Origin: Tubulanus polymorphus
Lineage: Eukaryota > Animalia > Nemertea
DNA: 64,000 nucleotides
Direction: 5' to 3'
Assembly: GCF_964204645.1 (NCBI RefSeq)
Contig: NC_134036.1
Location: 9,837,859-9,901,858 of the forward strand
How positions within the stretch are numbered: the stretch's first letter is position 1; every line of letters begins with the position of its first letter. The notes under the pieces were generated by a model, which was not told the DNA's origin, did no database searches, and saw only the letters and a list, made by a program, of their open reading frames with translations. The translations under genes and the position numbers were made by a program. Below are positions 1 through 11,041 of the stretch, piece by piece.

Positions 1-552
1 TTGTGCCTTTTGACGAATAGAGACATACAAAACACAAAATTGAAAAATTGAACGATTTGACAGCATCAATCATATATTTTGCTTATTCTCAATGTAAATA
101 TATAATTCTCCACTCTGCATTCATTGGCTCACGTTTTAGTTAAATCGCTTTGACGTTGCTAATCAAGATTGAAATTCTACTGAGTGTTTCGTAAAAAATC
201 TATCTTATCCATGTTGGAAAATGTAGGTATTCAACAACTTTTTTGCTAAAACGACTGAATCTATCATTTTGCCAAGGCTGGAGACGTACAGTCAATGGGT
301 AATAATGGCGAGATGAGGGACTTCAAATATGCTGTCTAGCTCGGTGCTCTTCAAACTGTTAGCAGTTCCGATCTAGGCTCCTTAGAACACTTCACAGTTC
401 TCTTCAAATGTAATGTCTCTTGTTCCCTTCACCTGCTCAGCGAAATTTATATTCCCATTTTGGTGACTACTTCTAAAGCAACTACATTTCTTGGTTGCGC
501 AACTCCGAAGGCTGAAATACACAGAAAATTTGCGACACCAGGAACAAGGTAG
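1..552. repeat. Diverged inverted duplicate of ~6196-6750
   Basis: Reverse complement of 1-552 aligns colinearly with 6196-6750. Shared blocks: caaccaagaaatgta, tttgaagagaact, ggaactgctaacagt, ctcatctcgccatt, ttgactgtac, atgatagattcagtcgtt, agaatttcaatcttg, tttttcaattttgtg. Confidence 0.85.
413..548 (+). pseudogene. Decayed first (signal-peptide-like) exon, paralog of 6199-6333
   Basis: Reads ...GDYF*SNYISWLRNSEG*NTQKICDTRNK|gt, against GDCFQSNYISWLYTSEGGNTEKISDTTNK|gtaagt in the other copy. Two in-frame stops plus an indel. Confidence 0.55.
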
Positions 553-1876
553 TAAATAACGGTTAATTAGTTCGTTGTCAATGTCTGAGAATGTAGGAAT
601 GTAAGTAAACTCGGGTACGATTTCCTAATTCGGACATTACAGAAGCTGTGTACATATTCATTATTCATGTCATGCTATAGAGTTCAGCGTTAGTAAAATC
701 CGTAACAGAACAAACAGTTCAATTATTTCATATCTATATCATGATATATACGCTGTTTCGTCCGAAGTTTTCGAATGAACACATCTAATGATGTTTCGAA
801 GAAACATCTAGACTTCAAATCTGAATTTTAACATCGGATACGAACTACTTCGTACTCAAGCGTCAACACGTGGGACCGGGCCGAGAATTTAAAACAAATG
901 ATGTGGCCGCTTGAAGTAAATGGAGTCAGTTGAAATCTACATTTTTTAGCAAAACCCTTTTTGGCATTTCAATCTCGGTTATTTTAACATATTTTTCGTC
1001 ACTCTAATAAATTCACATCAATAATCAGTCTTCCTGGATTTCCGGTCTCTTTATCTTACTATGCCAAGCGATGGCTCTCACTAGGAAAAACATGTGAGTC
1101 ATTTCAGATGAACTATTTCCTAACACTGCGAGCGATGCTATTGATGACAGCGTCATTCGTGCCGGCATCAACTGACGTGGGGTCATGCACGACAACGCGG
1201 GCTAACAATGGTAAGTCCCAATGCACTGGTACTGACAATCATACGCCTTAGTAATGGGGTACCCGAAGTACTACCGTGGCAATCTAGGATTCCACATATG
1301 GCAGGCAAAGATCCGTGAAGTCCGCTATATAGTTGCTCGTCCACTCTCAATTTCCTTCTACATTGCAATGAAATCTGACCTTTACTCGTAAATGAATCAA
1401 TTGTTTATGAAGACTATCCAAATCTGTTAAGAAGAATGAAAGTATTGTATATTGAGTATACAATAGTGAGGTGAGTCCTGTGAAAGTATATGGATCCGGA
1501 ATATGCAACAAACAACTTACTGCTCGTCACGCCATCTGGTGGGATAGCTGGTTTTGCGGGTACCCCATTATTTTCAATACGTCATGTTAATGATGTTGAT
1601 TCAGTAATCGCAATGTTATATGCCAGTTGTTTTTTTTTCAATTGCAGGGTGCAATTGAATGTATCTTTGGTTTGGCAGGTTTTTCTGTCTGTAAGTTTTT
1701 TTTCTAATGTCGTAGTTTTCTTAGCCAAGTCAATACATTGTTTAATATGTCAAAGTTGAGTCATTCACATGACATGTTCTAATAGTTTCTTTCTTCATCT
1801 CCACTTCGCCTATTTGGATTTAAATGCAAGAGTGGAATTTCAAAGAAAAGAGATCGTCATCTTTTTTTGTCATCAG

Positions 1877-2432
1877 GTCGTCGAAACTCCGTTGGATGTT
1901 TTAAAGACGGCCCAAAAAGAGATCTTACATTGTTCGCGATGAACGGGGACAGAAACATGACTATCGAGAAATGCATTGGTATGTGTATGGACAGAGGTAA
2001 GAATACTCACAGTTCTTCGTTCAATAGGGACAGTTTAGTTTCAGATCTTGAGGGTGTCATGCGAATTCGTGTGTGTGTGTGTGTGCGCGTGCATGTGTGG
2101 TAAAAACACCTCACTAATGTTTAGATAACAATTTTTGCCAATGCCTTTTGGAGAGTCCCACTCTCGTTGAGCTTGTTGAAGATTTCTTAAGACGGCAGAC
2201 TCAGTTTGCAACAAAGGCATTGTTAATAGCATTTACAACCTTTGACTGTTCATTTTTTTTAGGATTTATATTTTCTGGACTTCGACATAGATGGCTTTGT
2301 TTCTGTGGTAATCGTGTCGGCGAATATGGTCCAGCACCAGAATCTGAATACGATATGAATTGCGCAGGAAACCCTTCAGGAAAATGTGGAGGCAAAGCGA
2401 GGAATTCTGTGTACATTACTTCTGATAAGTAG
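1877..2432 (+). pseudogene. WSC-domain exons (1877-1996 and 2263-~2424), probably decayed
   Basis: Acceptor catcag|, donor |gtaag at 1997, acceptor tttag| at 2262. Spliced peptide GCFKDGPKRDL..MTIEKCIGMCMDRGFIFSGLRHRWLCFCGN..ESEYDMNCAGNPSGKCGG..NSVY follows the WSC Cys pattern. One conserved Cys is Tyr, and the expected next donor reads g|ataagt. Confidence 0.8.
2068..2098. repeat. (GT)n microsatellite in the WSC intron
   Basis: gtgtgtgtgtgtgtgtgcgcgtgcatgtgt. Confidence 0.85.
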
Positions 2433-2615
2433 ATACGCGAAAAATTCAATGCCCGTTCATTAAAAACGTCAATAAGAATTTACCGAAAATGATCTTGTTC
2501 TTCGAATCATTTCTTAATCAATTGACACCGGATGCATTAATTCCCGAAAATGTTATATTTATATAAATAATCAATCCTATTGATGGAAATTCGAAATGTT
2601 CCGAGTTCTTTTCGT

Positions 2616-2760
2616 TCTGGTTGAGCAGTTAAAACCGCCGGTTACTGGTCTCACCAGTCAATGGTCCGTGTGTTCGGTTCCCGGTTGTGACGGAGCCACA
2701 GAACTGTGGACCAGGATCCAGAGTCAAATGTAACTCACGAAATATGGAGCTGGATACTAA
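2616..2760 (+). mobile_element. Possible tRNA-derived SINE head (degenerate)
   Basis: A-box-like tggttgagcagttaaa and B-box-like gttcggttccc at tRNA-like spacing; no complete cloverleaf. Confidence 0.3.
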
Positions 2761-3162
2761 GTTTAATCCAAACAAAATTTAGATTCGAATTAGACCGAAT
2801 TATCTTGAAAATCTATCCTTAATGTAGGAACCTAATCATCAAACTCCCTAAACCAAGAGAACACCAATTCTACTCGGATATTTTGTGAACCAATGAGTTG
2901 CTCGAGTAGTGTGTGCAACTTGGTTCAGTGACTACTCTCTGTTCCTTAAAGGGCAAATGCCATCAACATTGTACTTTCCGCGATTTCTTAACCAGGAGAA
3001 ACTTTAGTATACATATAGCAACCTGAGATGTGACTTATTGAAAAAAGGAGCACGAATTAGCCGTAATAGTTAGCGAATAGTTATCCATTTATCCTTCACT
3101 CCGTGCGTATAGTTCATATTTAACTCGCGGGTGGCGCTATTTATGATGTTGGGAATGATAAT

Positions 3163-3483
3163 ATTGAACGAAATGATGATCCTCCTGTATCTGACAACCA
3201 TATTTTAAACTGCAACATAACAGCTAATGAAGTAACGAAAGCTATCTCATTGCTTAAGAACAGTAAGGCACCTGGTATAGATGGAATCACTAATGAGTTA
3301 TCAAAATTTTGTCGGTATCCGTGCTTAGTTAATGTATTAAAAAACCTATTTCATTTAGTTCTTAACACTGGACATGTTCCGGAGACGTGGTCTATAGGGA
3401 TAACGAAATCTGTTTTTAAAAAGAAAGGCAATCCCACTTATCCTGATAATTATAGAGGTATCACACTAGTTAGCTGTCTTGGT
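3163..3483 (+). mobile_element. Non-LTR retrotransposon (LINE) ORF2 fragment, region just before/at the start of RT
   Basis: ITANEVTKAISLLKNSKAPGIDGITNE...PETWSIGITKSVFKKKGNPTYPDNYRGITLVSCLG. These are the canonical LINE motifs KAPGxDG and NYRxI(T/S)L. Similarity stops abruptly at ~3483. Confidence 0.9.
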
Positions 3484-3549
3484 ATTTATGACAAAATAAA
3501 AATATTTTTTTCAAATCAGCAAAATCATGTTTATTTCGTGTTAAACAAC

Positions 3550-4527
3550 GTACAAAATTTTAAAAGATTTCTCAGAAATTGCCTCATTTTCTCGACCCCA
3601 TTTGGATATTTGGCTTTGATTTTGTTAATTAAACCATTCTTCTTTGCAACGGCCTTGATTTCCTCTGCCGATCAATATTCGAATCAATATTGAATGAGCG
3701 GCGAATTAACATCTGTTCAATCGCAGTATATTTTTACCGCTTTACTGGCCCCGACTGGAAAAGAGATTGAATGAGTATGATTTTCCATTTCATCAATGAT
3801 AATACCTCCTGTGTGAGACACTTACCCTCGTTTTTTTCTTCGGGGGGATAGCAATTATAACGCTCACTCGTCGAATTCTGTCTCTCATCACTCGAGCTTG
3901 ATTGGTTTGGTTCATCTGATTCCATCGCGCTCTTGTCTTCGTTCGAAAAAGAAGATAAACATTGTCGATTGAAGCAGCCGCTTTGAATTGAAAGCTGTCA
4001 TTGATCGAATGAGAAGTCACTTACCGCTGCGGGCTCGCTGGAGGCATCACCCTCGACTTCCATCGCACTCTTGTGTTCGTTCATAACCGTCTGAAAAAGA
4101 AGATAAACATTGTCGATTGAAGCAGCCGATTTGAATAGAAAGCTGTCATTGATCGAATGAGAAGTCACTTACCGCTGCGGGCTTGCTGGAGGCTTTGCCC
4201 GTCGATTCCATCGCGTTGCCTCTTTGTTTCGATTCCAATACGCCGCAGTCCAACTACAGAAAAAAGTGAAATGTCATGCTTGCCAGAACCATTAAATCCA
4301 AGTTGTATTGAGTCGATATACACAATCCAAATGTTCTTGTGTGAAGGTGACCGTCATCCAGGTTGTAGAACCTTTCTGCTGTTTGGGGGCGATACAACAT
4401 ATAACAGCTTAGTTTGGTTCACGTGGCACCATCTTTGTTGCACATAGCCGTCATTATGCTCCTACGTATCAAAGTCGGCGTAATGCCTTTTTTCCAATGG
4501 TGGAACTGACATAGCTGGCTAACGGTC
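3550..4527 (-). pseudogene. Decayed multi-exon gene of unknown function with tandemly duplicated mini-exon/intron units
   Basis: Minus-strand ag/gtaagt-bounded mini-exons LDCGVLESKQRGNAMESTGKASSKPAA, TVMNEHKSAMEVEGDASSEPAA and ..SAMESDEPNQ.. are separated by two near-identical ~70-bp introns. The terminal part contains stops. Confidence 0.4.
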
Positions 4528-4604
4528 TAAGAAAAGAAAACATTAAATATTTTCCATTGAATTTGTAAATAAAATGTATATTTATCTTACTTGTTGATAT
4601 ATAA

Positions 4605-5593
4605 TGTGTTAATCTAAAACTATGTGTAATATCTTCTGTTCGATGTAAGCAACTAATTATAGCCCATAGAAAACATTTATCATCTTCATTTTGTACATTT
4701 ATAATAGCATTAGTTTTAAATGGTAATTTGATATAACTCGATGCTTCAATATCTGGTTCTTTATAATATGATACATTATTTTCATCAATTGGTTTCGATT
4801 AAGTTAACTTATTATATTTTGTGTTCTAAACATGTATAGTCATAAATATTATTTCATCAAATATTAAACCAGATCCTTCAAAATATTTCTCTTCTATTTT
4901 AGTTTTTACTTCATTATAACATTTATTTAATTTTTCATCTATATGTTGTTTAGATATAATATGTTGTGAATGAGAATTTATATTATATATTGGTTTATCT
5001 TCAGATTTTATGAATTTAACTTTAGAAGATATACTAATTTTAGGGTATTCAACATCAGTTATTATTTTTATAATATTTTTCATATTTTCTAAATGTTTTT
5101 TATTTTCTTCTAATGTTTTTCTTTTATGAAATTTAAACTCGATAGCAGCTGGGCCAATATCACTTTTAAATGCTTCGGTTATCTCTATATCTTTTTTATT
5201 ATCTAATGAATTAATATAATTTCTTACATCTTCCATGTATGGTCTTTTATTGTTTAATTTATTTCTTATTCTTTTAATTGTCTTATGTTTCTTATCATTG
5301 TCATTATCAAAATAATCTTCACCTAAAATATCATTGTTCATATTTCTAATACGGCTTTTAGATTTTAAATGTTCATTATAATATCTTTTATCACTGAATG
5401 ATTGATTACATGTATCACATTTGTATGTTTCTTTTTCATTCTTTAATTCATCTAATTTAGTTTCTAATATATCATCTTTATATTCTAGTTTCAATTTATT
5501 CTCTAAATGTGTTTTAGTTTTATTGTGTCTTGATTTTTGGGATTTATCTATATTGATTTTACATGTTGAACAGTAGTACTTATTTGCTTCCAT
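4605..5593 (-). pseudogene. Polinton pPolB N-terminal fragment (subfamily A), premature stop at 4826
   Basis: Near-identical to the first ~330 aa of 16805-19426: two C2H2 fingers, FEGSGL, SSYIKLP, NEDDKCFLWAI. TAT>TAG at 4826; truncated after HSFRLT. Confidence 0.9.
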
Positions 5594-5630
5594 TTTAATA
5601 TCAAATTTTTTATTAAAATTGAACATAACA

Positions 5631-6002
5631 CTTACCTCTCAACGCGTCCCGCCGCCACGTGTGAGTCCAACCACGTGTGAGTCCCGCCTATTTATACTAC
5701 TCAACAGTGGGGAAACCCAGCTGCGTGTTGAGACTTGTAAATTATGAGGCTTGTGATTGGTTAGTGTAATAGGGAATACTCAACTGTGATTGGATAGAGT
5801 AATACTCAACTGTGATTGGATAGATTAATAGTAAAATACTCAACTGTGATTGGCTGGGAATACTCAACTGTGATTGGCTAATGTAATACTCAACTGTGAT
5901 TGGCTAATGTAGTTTTCTAGATGGGCGGTTCTAGAACCAACATGTAATACGCAATACTCAACGTGTTGAGACTTGTAAATTATGAGACTTGTGATTAGAT
6001 AG
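5631..6002 (-). promoter_or_regulatory. Pol II promoter-like cassette between the Polinton terminus and pPolB
   Basis: Five tandem aatactcaactgtgattgg units (CCAATCACA on the minus strand), a GGGCGG box at ~5923, TATAAATA on minus at ~5689-5696, two ccacgtgtgagtcc repeats and a gag|gtaagt donor at ~5635. Confidence 0.55.
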
Positions 6003-6195
6003 AGTAATAGGGGTAATAGGCTTTCATATCAAAGGTTGAGAGTTCGATAAATTTTCCAAATGTGAAATAATAATAATTTCTACTTGAATTAGGAGTGTAC
6101 GCGACTAATTCAAGTAGAAATTATTGTTATTTTCACATTTGGAAAATTTCTCGACCTCTCGACCTTTGGTATGAAAGCCTATTACCCCTATTACT
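6003..6195. repeat. Polinton terminal fold-back hairpin A (element end at 6195)
   Basis: ~90-bp inverted arms AGTAATAGGGGTAATAGGCTTTCATA(T/C)CAAAGGT(T/C)GAGAG..TTCTACTTGAATTAG around a 12-nt loop. Confidence 0.9.
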
Positions 6196-6198
6196 TAC

Positions 6199-6333
6199 CT
6201 TGTTCGTGGTGTCGGAGATCTTCTCTGTATTTCCGCCCTCAGAGGTGTACAACCAAGAAATGTAATTGCTTTGGAAGCAGTCACCCAAAGTGAATATAAA
6301 TAGCGCTGAGAACAGGTGACGGGAAATACTCAT
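6199..6333 (-). CDS. Putative first coding exon of a secreted protein, cut off by the Polinton end
   Basis: MSISRHLFSALFIFTLGDCFQ.. has a hydrophobic N-terminus and ends aag|gtaagt. The Polinton terminus starts 3 nt into the intron. Confidence 0.4.
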
Positions 6334-7289
6334 TGCGTTTGAAGAGAACTACGTGAGAATTGTTCTAACGAGTCTTGATAGGAACTGCTAACAGTGCTAG
6401 TAAGAATTTCTGAAGTCTCTCATCTCGCCATTGTTACCTATTGACTGTACATCTTCAGCCTTGAGAATTGCCGTCAATGATCGAATGATAGATTCAGTCG
6501 TTCAGTGCAGTCGTTTTAGCAAAACAGCTGTTCTATACATTTTCCAACAAGGTTATATTTTACACCTAACACGCGATAGAATTTCAATCTTGGTTAGTAT
6601 TTTGACACAGCCAAAGCGATTAAACTAAAACATGAAGCAATGAACGCTTAGGGGGAATTATATCGTTACTTAGAGAATATGAAAAAAATATACGTTTTTA
6701 CGCCGTCAAACTGTTCACTTTTTCAATTTTGTGCATTCGTCCAGTTTAAGCACACTGAGTGCACAAGGCAAACACAAATTATAATCCCTGCGAAACATCA
6801 AGGGCCTTTTACTCAATCCCTTCGGCCATTCGTGGTAATCGATGTATCAAGCTCATCCAGCCAATTCTTAAAGTGTGGAGTGACACAACAATCAGACAGT
6901 TCTTTGTCATATTTGGTTAGTTATCTCCACGTTAATTACCAACATCAAATTTACGCCGATGATCATCAGATCTATGAGGTGGTTCCACCAAAAACGTTAC
7001 AATGTTATGTCTGAACTGCCATACCTGGCAAACAGAGGTGAAACTGACTTTATAATGACCAATTACTGATTTTTCAGAAATCGCTGGAACGAATTCTGTG
7101 CAACGTTTAGAATCTAGAAATAATTTATGATTTGTTTTAGTTAATTAACTGTGTAAATGATATACTACGCAAAATCTGATCCTAAAAATGAAACATATGA
7201 GACGCAATCCTAGCAAAAACTCTCCATCGAATTTTAACATCGTTCTCACAATTGTACATCCAACTCAAAATCGAACTTTAAGCGACCGA

Positions 7290-7360
7290 TCCTCACCCGT
7301 CAAGGGATTCGAACCCACTACGCTAAAGCTGTTCTCCGAACCCCTTGACCTCTCGAGTCG
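7290..7360 (-). mobile_element. tRNA-derived SINE head or tRNA pseudogene
   Basis: Minus strand has ggtcaagg followed by a perfect B-box GGTTCGAATCC; no intact acceptor stem. Confidence 0.45.
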
Positions 7361-8187
7361 CTGGAGTCGTAACTTGTCGACCTGAATCCGGTTGTACCAA
7401 TCACAGCGCTTGTAACAAACTAAATAAGGCTTCTGTTGGTTTGTCCGTTGAATGGACCAATCAGCGAACGTTTTACCGAACAAGAAAGTATTTAGCAAAT
7501 CGATATATGACGTCATGCGCAACAGCGCCAGCAATGAAATCACGCTTCATGGGGCCAGGGGCCGGTGGAAGCGAGTTCGGGAGTGATACCGGACCCCTGG
7601 CAAGCGAGGACGAAGGGACCAGGATGGAGTTTAAGACAAATTTATGGTGCCGAAACCCGGGAACGAAGTGTTGATTGTGGTGTTAGAAAAAGTTGAATAC
7701 TAGAATTTGAAGAAATCGAGAGGAAAAAATGAACACGTGAGTTTTTCGAGTTAGTCTGTACTACATCCTCCCAGTCCCACTTTGTGAAAGTGAAGGAGTA
7801 AAAAAAAACAGAAAAAAAAATATCAGTCTCTTCTAAGAAAGGTAGTAGAGCAAGGTGAACCTCACAAAGAAAGCGGTCGCTGTTGGCTGAAGCTGAGGCG
7901 AAATAGGAAGACGTGAGTAAGCTACGGAAAAAGAGTTGCCACACTCACAATATTAATAGAATATTATCTTCTAAATTTGGAAAGAGCCTTGGATGAATTG
8001 CCAGAGTCTGTTCGTTCAATCGTTGACGATGCTGAAAGAAAAAAAGAAGAAATAGCGTTGGGGTTTTCCGACGAGGTTTTTGCTATGGCAACGGAAGCTA
8101 TGGCTCAAAAGCACTGAATAAGTATGAATCATTCGTGACTTTTTTTCTAAAAAAAAATTTAAAATATAAAGAATAAATTGATAAATG

Positions 8188-8300
8188 TTATGATTATTAC
8201 GATTATCATTATGATTATTATTATGATTATTATTTTGATTATTATTATGATTGTTGTTATCATTATTGTTATCATTATTATCATTATTACTATTGTTACA
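8188..8300. repeat. Degenerate (ATT)n microsatellite
   Basis: tgattattacgattatcattatgattattattatgattattatt... Confidence 0.85.
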
Positions 8301-8499
8301 ACTACCTACTCAATTCGCTGCACTTGCACTCTTGCACTCTAGGCACCTAGGTGCAGTGACCTGTACAGCCCCTAAGGCTCTCACTGTTACCTTCATTTAA
8401 CTTAACTCGGTAACATTTTTCTGTATTGTCATTATTCAGAGAAATGTAGTTAAATGAAAAATAAAATTATTATTATTGAAAATTTTGAATCATTTTTAA

Positions 8500-9407
8500 A
8501 CAATGTATTACTTTTTGATGCTTTATTCCTTTTTGTATCATAAATATTCAGATCTAAAATATGATTTCATTCAATGTTAGACCAGAACCCTCAAAATATC
8601 TTCCTTCAATATGACGTTTAATTCATTAAATATTTTTTTCTCTTTTATTTGTGTTTTTTAAATTATTTCGTCAAAATATGTTTGAATATTATACTCCATT
8701 TTTTCTTCTGATTTTATAAAACTTACTTTTCCAGAAATACTAATTTTTGGATATTCAACTCTGTAGCAAAGTCCATTATTTGTTCTATTATTTCGATATA
8801 TTTGCTATAAACTTATATTGTTGTGCCTTAAAAAAATCTAAATATAATGGCTGCAGGACCAATTTTACAACGTAATGTTTCTAAAATTTCTATTGTATCT
8901 TTTATTTCTAGTGAATCGATATAATTTCTTACATTTTCTATATAAGGTTTATTTGAAATAGATTTAGTTTTTGAAGCTGGTTTTTTTACTTGTTGAGGTT
9001 TATCATCAAAATATTCTGTTGCTAAAATATTTTTATTTAAATTGTGTTGGTGTTTTTGTGATTCGAGATGTCTTTCATAATTCCTTTTTGCTAGAAACTT
9101 CATTACAAACATTACATTTAATTTTATCTTTTTTTCATATTTTTTAATTGTTCTTTTCTTTCATTTGAATTTTCTGGTGTTTCAAAATCTATAACATTTT
9201 TTTATGATTTGCAGTTTTTTCGTGATGAGATTTATTAGATTTATCGATGTACTTTTTACAGTATGGACAATAATATTGATTTTTATTAACATCAATTTTT
9301 CTGTCTGGTACTCACAGTCTCCCATTTGTAAGGAAAAATTACTAGTGGTGATGAGTGATTTGTCGTACTCTCGTGCTCTGGTGTGAAAACGCTATTTTTC
9401 AATTACT
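8500..9407 (-). mobile_element. Polinton end fragment (subfamily B): terminus at 9407 plus frameshifted pPolB 5' part (ATG 9325)
   Basis: Minus strand begins AGTAATTGAAAAATAGCGTTTTCACACCAGAGCACGAGAGTACGA. The coding remnant (KRNYERHLESQKH, PYIENVRNYIDSL, IGPAAIIFRFF, FEGSGL) is colinear with 15504-16340. Confidence 0.85.
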
Positions 9408-10093
9408 GCTGCTTCTTGCCAAAAGTTGAGTGGAAAATCGGACTTTAAAGAATGCCACTTCTTTCTACAACAAGGTCCGCAGTCTTGGGGGAGCAGAGTT
9501 CTATCCGAGATCTCGATTTCCATACATAACAAGTTAGTGTTATTTTTTAGTAAATTGTCAAGGTTTTAATATGATATAAGATTTGATGAGGCGGGCCACT
9601 AAAAACATGTCCTTTTCGCCGCCGAAATTCATCCAAACTTACTTGGATTTGAAGTGGATTGGGATGTTGATTTCTGTACGGTATTTCGAGAACTTAGGTG
9701 TCTAGTTTATCATAAGCTATTGGGCCCGAGTCACACTATAACCGTTGTGGTGCGGCATACGAAAAAGTGCCGGGCAAATTCGGGAGGTTTGAGGAGTATT
9801 AGTCTGGGCGGATACGGATGGCTTGAGTGCTAACGGGTTTATAATGTTTTCAGTCAGATTTCTGAGAATTTGTTTTTCATTTGATGCGAACGAACAAAAA
9901 TAAATTGTGTGCGTAAATGAATATATGTCATGGCTTGCACGTAGCGTCAGTCTATTGATTCAATCAGTCCACATACCTCTGACACTTAATCGAATAATGA
10001 ATTCAACTCAGATGCAGTTTATCAGTTACATTGCTATAATGCCTGTAGTGAACAGGTCTAGAGCGTACCGAACAGAGTTAATTCTCGTGAATC

Positions 10094-11041
10094 ATGAATT
10101 CAACTAAGATACGAATTGGTCGAACGTATAGCAGTTACATCATTCTAATGTCGGTGGAGAACAGGTCTGGAACTTACCGTACTGTTTCGTTGGTCATTCT
10201 GCCTATCGTGTTTCTGTTTGGAGTCTTTGGAAATTCAGCTACTTTTCTAATAATGACGAGTCGCAGATTCCGCAGTTTATCTTACGCTAACTATCTTGTC
10301 ATTTTATCAGTCTGTGATTTCCTGTTCTGTATACATTTTACACTGATGCCTGTTTTACAGTTAGTTCTCTTGAATCTAAACACTAGTCTTATATTCATCA
10401 TGAATTCACTGATCAGTTGTAAGATATATGAAATATTGATGGCAGGTGCCAATTCTAGCAGTTCCTGGTTATTGGTAGCTATATCTCTAGAACGTGCGGC
10501 AGTTGTTCTCTTTCCGTTCACTTCTCGTTTGATATGCACGCCTAGATTCGCTAGATTTGCTATATTGATAATTACTACAGTGACTGTACTGATTCAACTT
10601 CCCGCTACTTTGTCGATACAATTTTCCGACCAATTTTTCGGATGTTACTATGAATTAATTGTCCAAATGAAATTTCTTACTCCACTTGGTGTCTACGCTT
10701 TTGTTTTGCCTTTATCGTTGATTCTAATATCAAATTCTATCACAATTATTCAGTTATTCAGAGGTTCAAAAATGGTTTCGTCTGATAAGAAAACTACAAA
10801 ATCGAAACGTACAACAATGATGCTTGTAACTGTTTCACTCGCATTTGCAATATTCACACTTCCAACCACTGTTGTTGTATTTTTACCAATCCTTACGGAA
10901 CAGAAAGAATTTCTATATGATATTTTGACACAATTCTTTATGAGTAACTATGTGGTAAACTTCTACATATATCTTTTACTTGGACGAGAAATTCGTGAAT
11001 ATTTCTGTATGAAAATCTGCTGTAGAAATTCAATCAAATAA
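10094..11041 (+). CDS. Single-exon rhodopsin-family (class A) GPCR, invertebrate FMRFamide-receptor-like/orphan peptide or chemosensory type
   Basis: 315 aa, seven hydrophobic segments. TM1 GVFGN, TM2 LSVCD, Cys before TM3, ISLERA (DRY equivalent), TM5 LP, TM6 FTLP, TM7 NFYIY (NPxxY equivalent), C-terminal CC. Confidence 0.93.
   Translation: MNSTKIRIGRTYSSYIILMSVENRSGTYRTVSLVILPIVFLFGVFGNSATFLIMTSRRFRSLSYANYLVILSVCDFLFCIHFTLMPVLQLVLLNLNTSLIFIMNSLISCKIYEILMAGANSSSSWLLVAISLERAAVVLFPFTSRLICTPRFARFAILIITTVTVLIQLPATLSIQFSDQFFGCYYELIVQMKFLTPLGVYAFVLPLSLILISNSITIIQLFRGSKMVSSDKKTTKSKRTTMMLVTVSLAFAIFTLPTTVVVFLPILTEQKEFLYDILTQFFMSNYVVNFYIYLLLGREIREYFCMKICCRNSIK

Noticed and set aside
1130-1700. Possible minus-strand exons
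   Set aside because: Splice-like signals exist but the frames contain stops and no family could be recognised.
3484-3693. C-terminal half of the 147-aa ORF as part of RT
   Set aside because: LINE similarity ends at SCLG; the rest is read-through into unrelated sequence.
7290-7360. Functional tRNA gene
   Set aside because: B-box is present but no convincing acceptor or anticodon stems.
7560-8140. Purine-rich, coding-like stretch
   Set aside because: Multiple stops in all frames and no recognisable domain; probably a decayed TE ORF.
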